This document shows positions 12,801 to 24,800 of a DNA stretch of 64,000 nt, one piece after another; the stretch's first letter is position 1; each line of letters opens with the position of its first letter. The translations under genes and the position numbers were made by a program. The notes under the pieces were generated by a model. It had not been told where the DNA came from and searched no databases. It saw only the letters and a program-made list of their open reading frames with translations. This stretch comes from Pavona decussata (taxonomy: Eukaryota): positions 248,001 through 312,000 of the forward strand of contig CDRNST010000265.1 of assembly GCA_977016875.1 (NCBI GenBank), written 5' to 3'.

Positions 12801-15800
12801 TGAGACTGTGAATTTTCCCTCAGTAAGTGAATTGTTTTTGTTTTCCTTGCCATAGGTAGGGGGAGGGGAGGGAGGTTGCTGTTTTCAAGTTTTTTCCTCA
12901 GCACAGAAGTGCGCATTTAACCATATCTAGACCTGGCTTTTCTTTGTTTTCAGTTGGCCGAGGGAGGGTCTGGGCGGGTTCCTCGCCCGCCTCATTAAAG
13001 CTTCGATAGTGACAGTGACACTTGGAGGATAGATAGTTCGCCCAAAGATGTTTTCTTTGAGATCCACAACGTCCATCTTGGATGGACTAATTTGGATTTC
13101 TGAATAATTGGAATTTACTACTATACAAAGAAGCCTACCATATCAAGCGTTCAGCACCATCTTTGAACAATGGTTTAAAAGCTAGCAGAGAAATATGCCT
13201 ATTCTCCTGACATTAACGTCTTGTTTAGCATTTTCATGCGCATGTTTTAAATTGCTAATTTACCATCTTTCAGTATTTAAATCATAGCTACTTGTTGTCA
13301 CCTTAGTCTGAAGATGATATAGTATCATATCGAAATATAACAATTAGGTACACCAACGTTTCCTTGCATTTGTTGTCCATATTATTGACTCGGAATTACA
13401 TTTATTCTTTATATTCATACGATGCACTAAAAACTATAAACGTCTTTTGCATTAAGGTAACATCGGTATAACTAGGCCGCATAATTATTATTCTACCTTT
13501 TTTTTATTTCCTTTAATCTACAGGGTAAGTTTTCAAAGAAACCTTCAGGTTTTGTTACCGCGGCACACCACCATGCTGGACTGAAAAGGGATGCTGCCAG
13601 TGTTTGGTTGGAGGACCTCTCCCAATCTTCACTGAAAATATGTCTGAGGGAACTGCAAAATTACGCAGGTTCTCATGAAGATATTTACGTGGTAAGCACA
13701 TACAAATTTCTGTTGTTTTGCCCTGTTGTTTTGATTTAACACAATTCATGAGTGCCACATACGGCATCCTTACCGACTGCACAGAGGGTAAGGAAGAAAT
13801 TGGTTTCAGTCAAAGGTCTTCTTTATTGAGTTTTTATAAGACTACCTGAAAAATGCCTTTCAAAAACACAACATTTACACTTGAATAAGCTGAAGCGCAT
13901 CGAAAACATGTACAAAAACTGAATTATCAGTTAATTACTCTATGTGGATTTTTCAAAACTTCCCATGCATCATTTTAAATGGAAAATATTATGTCCACGT
14001 GATGTGGCGTAAACATATTAAGCTTTCTTAGATTCTTCCATTTCTGCATACACCATTTAGAACACCTTATCAGCTATGGTCTACTCCTCTTTAGTCTAAC
14101 ATTAGGTCAGCCTTCACTTTATCTGCCATTGTATATAGTAAAGTCACGCGCCCAGTGACATAACAGTGTTACCTAGCTACTTTTAATAAGATTTTTGTTG
14201 ACATATTTTCTCTAGAGCTGGTTGGCGTTTTCCTCTCTTCACAAGCCCCTCTTCTCGGAACACAGTTCAGTTTATTTTGCAAACTCACAGCCTCCTCCTG
14301 CTGATTTCAATAATGCCTTCTGCAAGGTCAGTGCGCTTTGTTCTTAGTTTAAACTGCAATGTTTTTTTCTGGAGAGAAAAGAGCATGTTTTCTTTTTGGA
14401 TGTATGTATCCTTGACATCCGCAGGATCGCTAACTTCAACGTGAATTATATTGATTAGTTTGAGAGTTAATGTAATCCTGTTCTAACCACTACGATTTTT
14501 TCATAGGACATACACTTTACTAAAGTATATCAAAATGCTCCGAGCGTTTTCGTTTCATCAAACCATTCCTCAAGTGGTGGAAATCAAGATCCTATGCACA
14601 ATTCCATAACAGCTTGGGTGGAGGTAGGTCAGCCGCTTCACTCTATACTAGATATGTTCACCTCACCTGTTAGAGATACCACTAGCTGTTAGAAATCCAT
14701 TTAAAAATGGAGAGAATTTACCATGGAGGTTTATGATTCATGAACACATTTTACAATGTAACATGAATTTTCTAGGCTTTGACGTTGCAGGACGTAGAAG
14801 GACCATTTCTATTAATTTGGACTATCATTTTTTTAACAGCGTAAGAATGCTCACGTCGCATGGAATTAAGATAAAGATTCGATCGAGGTCATTAACTCAA
14901 TGAGACACTTTTTGAAATACAAAAGTAACTCTGTGCTGAAAAACAATATAGCAATCTGTGAGTCAACTATCTAAATAACATACCATTCAAAGAGCTCGGG
15001 TCTACCTCTCTGAATAACGTTATTGGTTTTTTCGTTTGTTTAAACTGCATCCGTGGCAGTCTAAGTTTTAGTCGCACAAATTACGCAGGTACAAGGATTG
15101 TGATAACAAAAGCGAAGTCTAGGGAACAAACAAGAAAAGCATAGAACATTTCATGTGTTTGTCTTATTTCACAGTACATCAACACCACAGGAGCTCGAGT
15201 CTGTGTAAAGGAATTGTATGTGTCAAAGTATGACCCGCTCTCTATATCATACACTGTCCTGTCTGGTAAGAGTACAAAAAACTTTTTTTGTTGTTTTTGT
15301 TTTTGTTGTTGTTGTTTCACGTACAAGTAATCAGTCAGTTAACGAAAGAAGACAAATAACTGTTCACTGAATAAATCAATGGAAATGAGCAATGTACAAA
15401 TATACAGATTAATAAAGAAGTAAAACCTAAAAATTGGATTTACAACCAAATTGGGCTAACTAATGTAAATATGTATATTTTATTACTCTTGTTTCAGGAC
15501 AGTATGGAGTTGGGGGGGGGGGGCGGGGGGGGGGGGGGGAGTTCGGGTGTTCTCTGATTTTTTCAAGGCTTTCCGTAGATGTTTCTTTATTAGAACTATT
15601 TTGGTTAAATTTAGTAACTATTTGTTTCCATCATCACGACATATATTGTAATAAAGGCTGAGAAAACAACTTTTAATTTAACCAACAATGCCATCTGTGT
15701 TTTTAATGTCGGCCGGAAACCTATCAAGAAGCAGCAAAGTATTTAAGTATATGACATTCTGCACGTTGATTGTGCAGGATTTCTAATTTGCAGAGTTTTT

Positions 15801-18800
15801 TATGTAAAGTTGAGTTTTGAGCACCATTCAGGATGACGCACATTTTTGCCACCACTACAGTCCTTGCATTCGCACTTCCCATACCCACATCCCAGCAGTG
15901 TCATAACCCGATAATACAGCCCTTTCTTTGCAGAGTACGTCCTAAGCTATGCATTAACCGAGGAGGACGAGTTTGGTTGTTTGTATAAAAGTTAAGGATA
16001 CTTCCTGGGTTCGCGGGTGTCCTTTAGAAAAAAATTCGTACGCGCGCAAGTTTTAATAAACCTCTAACAAACTATATATCATTATAAAGCTTAATAAATG
16101 TAGTTTCCTATAAAAAAATATAATTTAGCGATTTTTCCCTTTTTTAAGTGCCAGGAGCCAGTAGAACCTCGAATCAACCGATGGTCGTTCCATTGAATTA
16201 ATCGGTTATCGAACGCCGCGCGAAGAACGAAATCGCTGCACAGTGTTATTCACAAGGTATCAATCAACAAAAAGGTGTCAGGCTTTTTCGAAATTCTGAT
16301 TGGTTATTTAGATATCCACGTCTAAAGTTTGAGTAGCAAAAAATATTTGAGGCGTGTTGCGTAAACAGTCGCCACGGGAAAAATATTTTGAAAATCAAAA
16401 TTCCCTGACACCTTTTTGTTTGTCGTTATTCCTCAAATCGTCTGGCCAAATTTCACGACAATCCGTCAAAACTACATACCCTATTAATTCGTTCAAAGTC
16501 GATAAACTCTGCCAAAATTCAAGTGCGAGTTTTCGCTTGATAAAGGTTTGCAAGAAAAACAAGCCTCCACAGGAGATTATGACACCTCATTACGTGGCGA
16601 GCCAATCGAGCAACAGGACCCCATGGCGTCAACAACAACAGCACAGAATTTCGCGGAAAAAGTATCGCGTTGCAGACACGTTTTAGACTCCGCTGTTGTG
16701 ATTGAGCGAGATGGGGAAAGTGGCGAAAGGAAAACGTAAAAATCAACCAGGAAAACGGGGTAAAACCAAGGCTAACGAAACCGAAAGCGCGTCAGCGGAG
16801 AGTTTGAGGAGTGCACTGATATCAGAGATGAAATCTTTTGGGTAGGTTGTTCGTTTTGATTGCTTGTAATGTAATTTACGCTTCAAGCTAAAGCGATTAT
16901 TCATTTCGTATCAAAGGAAATGTATAATGAAAGAAAATCGCATTTTTACTGTGACTTAGGTACGATGGTGATTTCTTCGTAAGAAATCTTCAAGATAGCG
17001 TGGAGCGAAGCAAAAAGCGAGAGAAAGGGCCACGCAGAACGCGCTATCTCCAGTATTACACGTGGGCTCATGCGCTTCTGGTGAGTTCTATTTCATCGGT
17101 CTAATTCTTGCTGATTTTATGCCAATGTTTCATTAGAAACGCGCAGTAAAACGTTATTTGGATTTTTCTCGCTGCAGAAGAAAGAAATCGGCCCAGAGGA
17201 TGCAGAATATGATATTTGATACTTTCACAGGACGCTTGCAAAGTTACCCTGCAGGACTTTTGCACGGCAATCGACCTAAGTGTATTTGATCCAATAACAG
17301 TGGATAAATTTGAAGGCCGCTGCTCCAGTTCTTCGTGATCACCTTCGACAGAACCGTCAACGTCGACTACAGTTTCTTGGTCGAACCAAGAGCCTTTGTT
17401 GCTCTCGCCAAGATCACGTGTCCGATCTTCGCTGAAACCTATCTTTCCCTTTTTCTTAGGCCCTGGCTTCTTCCAGGATTTTATCCTCAGGCTCTTTTCG
17501 TTTTTTGATGACTTTTCCATTTGGGAAGCGCGAAGAATATAAAATTCAAAGTGAGAAATTTTCTGCAGGCCAAATGTAAACAAAATATGCTTATTTCTGA
17601 AATAAGAGCTCTCGGATGAAGCGTTTTGCCGCGAAAATTCCTCTGGGGCGTCTCGCACTAAGAAGATTATGACACCTTTTTTATTTATTTACTTTTATAT
17701 GGAAATACGTTTTCCTAAATATCTCGCGCTTTTTTAAATATTTTTCAAATTTTTTTTTCAGTAAATGTTAGATAAGATCCCCAAAATCTATTTGGTCGAA
17801 AAAAATGTTTTTTCACTTTTTCATCCTATCGAACCCAGGAAGTACCCTTAAGATTACCCTATTTCAAATAAATAATGACTAGCCAAGGTAATTAATAACT
17901 AACACGGCTGAATCATAACAGAATTGGTTGCCTGGTAACAGAAAAATTTCCTAAGGAGAAATTACCACTGAATATTTTTTTCTTCATGTCCTCTCTTCAT
18001 ACAGACATATGCCGACCAGGCTGGAGTTACTTTAATGGTTACTGCTACTTCACAAGCCGCGCATGCGCCTCATGGCTGACCGCTGAATCAAACTGTTCAA
18101 CAATGCACTCAGATCTAGTGACCGTTCACAATCAAGAGGAAAATGTCTACATCCAGCATGGCAATAACGGCGAACGAAGTTGGATTGGTTTGAATGACAG
18201 AAGTGTTGATGGATCGTTTGTTTGGACCAACAAAGAAGTGAGCAGCTTTAGGTTCTGGGCGCCGAGACAACCAAATAACTGGAGAAATGAAGACTGTGTG
18301 CACACTTTGGGTGCAAAGCATGGTTATACTTGGAATGATGTGTCTTGCGATAATTGCAACAACTTTACTTGTTTTACAGGTACAGGGAGAACAACTTTAT
18401 TAGGCATTTCTTCTAAGTAGCATCGTGGAGATAAATATATTTGATAGCGTTTTTTAAAACTTTAGATAGGTAAAACAAAACATCCATCTGGAAACGAATA
18501 ATTGCCTCAAATGAGCACTTCTCAGAGTGTTAATGATTTGCATTAAAGGAGTTAACGTTAAGAAGGAGAAATCAGCCATTTATCTGCGAATAATTGCCGC
18601 CACGGATCATATCAGCTGTCACATAAATTTTTAATTTTTTTTCAGTGACTTTATCGCGTAGCCCAACCGCTCACGCAATATAAACAGCATACAACCCACA
18701 ATGCCTTTATCCGCTCTGACAAAGGACTAACAGTAGACGTCAGTATCAAATTACTTTATCAACTCTGTTTACAAAACCAAACATTCGTTTAAGCTTCCGT

Positions 18801-21800
18801 CCGACCACAATCTCATTATAAACCAGCCCCCTTATCCAGTGAACTCTGGCCTTCCATTCCAAATATTTCCCGGTGAATTGCTAGAACAGAAAAGGTCATG
18901 GAGTTTTGTTTCGTTTGCACAACATAAAAAGAAAGTTATGAACCCTGAAAGTAGGCCCTGGCAGATTCTACCCCCCACCTGTCTGTATGGAGGTTAATGT
19001 TGTTGTCTTTGGTTATATCTTTCCAGACCTAGACGAATGTACTACAAACTCCTTTGATTGTGACTCCAATGCTGCTTGTCAAAATACCAAGGGCTCGTAC
19101 ACCTGTGGTTGTAAATCTGGCTATACAGGAAATGGCAAGATTTGCAATGGTAATAAATTGATAATGATGGCACAGAAAAATTGTAAAATGTAATTGTCGT
19201 TCACATCCACATGGAACTAGAATGGTGAGAATGCTTTCACCGAGAAGATGACAACTACGTCGGTAAAATAACGAGGACGAGGCTTAAAATAATTATAACC
19301 GAGTAATGCTGGCGATCAAGAGGATGATCATATAAACAAAAAGATGTACAGTGAAAGCGTGGAAGTTGTATCAGTCATATGATATAGCACACAATTGTGA
19401 TATTGAGTCGTACACGTAGTAGACTAGTGTTATTCCAGATCATTTTGGCAGCAAGTAACAGGGACTACTAGAAATTCTAAGTTTTTTACATGTGAATAAT
19501 CCAATTGATTGAGTGTTTTAATCAACAGCAAGAACAAAAAGAGGCGAAAATAAAACAAAAAAAAAACAAAAAAAAAAAAAACGAGGCCCTTAGAGACTTT
19601 CCCATACAGAAGAAAAGAACTTGTCTAGTGCAGTTTACGACAGTTTTCATATGCAACGTTTTCTCTCATTACGCTTTCATAGATATTGATGAATGTGTCA
19701 CCAACTCCCACAGCTGCAGTATTAATGCTTCGTGCAGCAATACCGACGGATCGTACACATGTGCATGTAAATCTGGATTTTCAGGCGATGGAAAGACTTG
19801 TATTGGTAAGCTACTTTAATTTGCACTTTACTTATTTTTGGTATTTAATTTCTTTTTATAATTGAACCTGCGTGCATGGGTGTAAAAATAGTGGGAGGAA
19901 TATGTACTTAAATTACAGCAACTCAAAGTAACCTCGCTGCATAGTACACAAGAAATGGAAGATAAGATTGTTTGTATATTAGCTGTGCACGCGTATTTTA
20001 TTAACTTATTTTTCAGGTGCTTCGTGTAAATTGTCCAAAGAGCAGAGTAGGATATCCTGCATAAAATTGTGCATAAGGACAAATGTTTTCGGGGACAAGT
20101 AATTTTGAAGTTAACAGGGTCCTCCAAACATTACGCGAACTTTCCATACATTAATTATGTGTTCTATTTCCCAAACAACAACAGCAGCAGCAACAGCGAC
20201 AATAACAACGAAAGCAAGAACAGTGAGAAAAATGATAAAAATTGATGCCGTAGTGCAAAAAAAAAAAAAAAAGCGGAGGAATTTTAGAACGATTTAACGA
20301 GAGTACAAATTTCGTATGAATTAACTAAAATCATTGAGACTTTTCCTCATTACATTTTTGTAGATATCGATGAGTGTTCTACCAACTCTCATAGCTGTGG
20401 TGTTAACGCCGTGTGCAGTAACACCTATGGATCGTACACCTGTGCATGTAATTCTGGATATTCGGGCGACGGAAAAACATGTACTGGTAAGCTACTTCTA
20501 GTCTGATCTACTATACTAAGGGAGTCGGGTATCGTTTACATTTCCATAACCCAACCTTTCTTAATCTCTCGCTAAACGAAAGCTTCAAGACAAAATGGCC
20601 TGTAAGCAGGCCCGTAAACACTTAACCAGAGCCTTGGTGGCGGTCATAAACTAATCTGGGAGCAAATTTCAGAAAGCTACATTAAATTATTTATTAACTA
20701 CTTTATTTCTTTCTTTGCTACATATGCTGTTACTCACGTGTTTCCTCAAAAGTAAGATTACTGAACAATAACAACGGCTAAAGTAAGACAGCGTTTACAT
20801 GAACGCGGTTTCAAATCGTCACGGTTTCATGCCGTTGAAACCGCATGGAAAAAGATACGGTTTCAAAGCGTTTACACGGTGCCAATCTCACTGTTTTCAA
20901 GTGCTTACGTTATGCCGATCTCGTTCCCAAGCACTCATTATTGAGGAAGGGGATCTGGGTTCGATAATTACGCCGTTTTGGTTTCTTTTTGCCAACACAC
21001 AGGTCACCAAAGCGTGATATACGAGTTTGTATGTGTGACGTGGATCTCTCCCTTGTGAGGCACGATTTAAAAGGGGACTGTACAAAACCCTTCCCGCAAA
21101 CCCACTAAGTAATACAAGACTAAGTAATACAACAAATTTAATTAATTTAGTATACATAAACGCTTAGTAAACACAATAAACGGTAACGTAAAAAAAAAAA
21201 AAACTTTCTTAACCTAATTAATTATCTTAAACTAAATTACTTATTTCAGTTCAGTTCAGTCCTTCCTTGTTCTTGAAGTCTTCTCCAGGCACAAACAAAC
21301 TGCTACTTCAACCACTCGCATAAACAAACCGCACCAACAACCGTTCACACAAACCTCTCCTTCTTGTCTTCTGGCACCTTTTCTCTTCTTTGTTCCCGTC
21401 TTGTTTGACTCCGCCGCACTCAGTTTAAATTTCTATGCACACGCCTTGAAATCTTGTTCACTCGCCGCCGCGGACAAAAGGGTTTATGTCAGGGAAAACA
21501 CGGCCGGCTCCTGCCAATGGCTCTTGACAGTGACTTGAACAATTTCGCCTTCGACCTTGCAATACAAACTTTTTTGCTTCTCCTTACTTCTTCTTACTTC
21601 TCTGTCCTTTTTCTCCTTCCAAGAATAACAACCAACTACACAACAACAACCTTGACTTCTATTTAAATACTGTACACAATTACGACATTACAAAGAAGAT
21701 TCCAGAAAACGGTAACTACAAGATGTACAATAAATGCTGATTACACAATAAGATACAAAATATACGGTAACGGGAATAATAATAGTTAGTTAGATTACAT

Positions 21801-24800
21801 TGAAATTTACAATACTACACACCATTTTCTAAGACAATAACTACTAATATACTAGTGACATTTTTTGACTAATAAAAATACGACGAATAAGACTACAAAT
21901 AATTAACAATAAACCTAACGAATTTAGATAATGAAAAAGAAACGACTAAATTTCTACATGCAAACACGAAACATGAAAATGCAAACATGAAATGAAAACA
22001 ACGAAAACATGAATAATATGAATTTTGTGACAGTATGGCGTTAACATTAAATCGAAAAAATAGACAACAATATTCCCACAAAACCCCCCAAAAATATGTA
22101 ATTAAGTCTGAAAAAGCTTACCCGGTGTGTTTTGCTGTGTTTTCAAGGCTTCTCAGTGCATCCAAACGCCGTTTTGAGCGGTTAATCTCTCAGCGGCTGG
22201 TCCACTTGCATCACTGTATTATGTTATGAAAGGCTGGAAACTTGAAGTCGAATTTCAATGTAATTTGACCCAGGCCTTAGATGAAAACAAAGTTGATTTC
22301 AAATCGGGCGCCATTTTTGCCGCGGAGCGAGCGTGTCCCTGGAATGCTTTGTCATGACAAACTCACGGTCAAACCTAGTCATGAGTACTAAAGTGTGCTC
22401 AACCTTTCATTAACATAATACAATGGTCTACGTGGACCAGCCGCTGAGAGATAAACCTCTCAAAACGGCGTTTGGAAGCACTGAGAAGCCTAGAAAACAC
22501 AGCAAAACACACCGGGTAAGCTTTTTCAGACTTAATTATATTTTTGTGGGTTTTGTGGGAATATTGTTGTCTAATTTTCGATTTAATTTTAACGCCATAC
22601 AAACTCTTATATCACGCTTTGGTGACTTGTGGTCAAAATGGCAAAAAATAGCGCTCAATTCACATGGACGCATGGACTGACAACGAAGTAGAACTCCTGT
22701 TGAAAGTAGCTAATTTAATTTCTATTAAACCAGCGCTGTACTCCATGTGAGGTTCCCCATTTTGAATCTACGCGCCGAAGTGAGATTCCAACCGGCGACC
22801 TCGGTTTCGGTAACGGTCTCGACCGGTGTCGTGTAAACGAAAACAATGTGGTTAAAATAGAAACCGCGTTCGTGTAAAGGCTGCCTAAAAGGCACTTGAT
22901 TATATGTCAGTAATGAGCGTCTTGATTTAATTATTTTTATCCACAGATATCGACGAGTGTGCTAGCGGCGTTCACGGCTGCCACAATCTTGGTTCATGTA
23001 CGAACACCTTGGGATCTTACAGTTGTTCGTGCAACCATCCTTTTGTAGGAAGTGGAACAAACTGCAGGCACTCTGCGTCAGGTGAGTCACAATGATCTCA
23101 TATAATTTATTTATATACTTGAATCTTGCAAACAAACAATCACACACACGAAGTTCAAGAACAACGTGGAGAAGAGAGGTCCCGTTACTCGTTTTCATTT
23201 TGCGTTGGGTTTCTCCTGTACCACCAGAGATATTGTATGTTACTATAAACTAAAACAGTCAATAGTGCATTGGCGCGCTCTGTCTGGCTACTGGAACTTG
23301 GTATAGCAAGTGCTATTTACCTCCAAAAAACTCGTGAACTTCGCGTTTATTAAGAGAAAAAATGGTTTCACAGTCTCCTACCAATAAAGGAAAAAAACGA
23401 AGAAATATAACAAATAAACGAAGAAGCTGTTCCCGCTAACACAAACAAGTCGGCAAAATTTGGTTGGCAGATTTTATAGGTTATGCTTGATCCATTTAAG
23501 CCCACATTTATCGATGAAACCTGTGAAAAAGCTTTTGGTTACAAAATTGTAATGGTTGACAAAAATCAATGATTTGATAATCATCATTTTCGTACCATAT
23601 TATCGCACTGTTTTAGTATATAGTAATACAACTATTCACCTCAGTGGCGGAGGCCAGTGGTACCACTAGGCACCTCCACCTCGCTCAATAGTTGTTAGTT
23701 ATTTAATGTAAAAAAGGCAGCTAAAACACGCAGATATTATGTGACTGCATTACTGATAAACGTAATTAGAACGTGCTGATTCTAAGCTCTTGTTTATGTA
23801 GACAGTTAACAAAGAAAGGATTATAATAATAATTATAATCATAATATTCATAATGATAAAGAAAACTACATGAACAAGTAAATTATGGTTGAACTGAATG
23901 GCAGAATGATAGTTTCGAAAATTTAATTAGTTTTCTAGAAAGCAAAATGCTTTGAAGACTGAAAGAAGCGCAGGCAATGTACAAAACATTTCAAATATTC
24001 CCAAAGCGTGGGCTCAACACTCAACTCTCAATTATAAGGGCCCACACAAGTTAAGTCTTCTGAGTGATAGTTTGAAATTTAAAATATAAGGAATTGTTTC
24101 TGTAACGAAATATTCAAATCAACTTTACAATAATGCCACGAATGTTAACATTTAAGTTAAATAAAAATCATTTTAAATTTACTACGGCCATTGCGTATTT
24201 TAAATCACATTGGTGGTTAGAATGCTTTTACGCTATCCACTACTGTAAGCACTCGACAAGCAATAAACAATCAACAAGCAAACAAATAAACAGAAACGTA
24301 CAAGAAACGAAAAAATACCTCTAATTGCTTGATGTTATCCACATTGTTTAACACAATGGACTCCGGTAAGTGTACTCTAAAATATCTCAATTAGACATTT
24401 TAAACCTTTAATAATCGTTAACTCATAACACGGTTTTGCAAGTGTGCGATTTTTAGGCGTGTGTGTCTTTGAGGAAGGGAGGCTATCTAGGTTCCTCAAA
24501 AGACAAAATACACATCTTTTCTTCGTATTTTTATCTTTCAATAAAATACGTAAGGCCACCTGGTTAAAATTTTTAGCCCGGTTCTGATCTCGCGTTGTTC
24601 ATGCGTCGTACCAGCACGACCCTGCAGAACACCGGAAGTGGAAATTCAGAGTAAAATCACGCAAACCAGAAATAAAAGCTGCAGGAAACATTTGTTTTAG
24701 TCTCGAAATTGTGCGCGGTGACCTAGTATGCCACCTCAAATAGAAATTTTTAGGAGAAATTTATCTAGTAGAAATTTTTGTTTGAGAAAAAAAAATGCCT

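Larger units (their letters stand above)
20787..22885. mobile_element. PIF/Harbinger-like MITE, TAA TSD, hosting two nested elements
   Basis: TAA|gacagcgtttacatgaacgcggtttc ... gaaaccgcgttcgtgtaaaggctgcc|TAA. Confidence 0.8.

Noticed and set aside
18714-18745. ctctgacaaaggactaacagtagacgtcag, resembling a Penelope-type hammerhead end
   Set aside because: Lacks both the CUGANGA and GAAA core boxes.
22035-22680. Mirror-image ORFs ([17 protein letters not shown]...)
   Set aside because: They are the TIR arms of a MITE, not genes.
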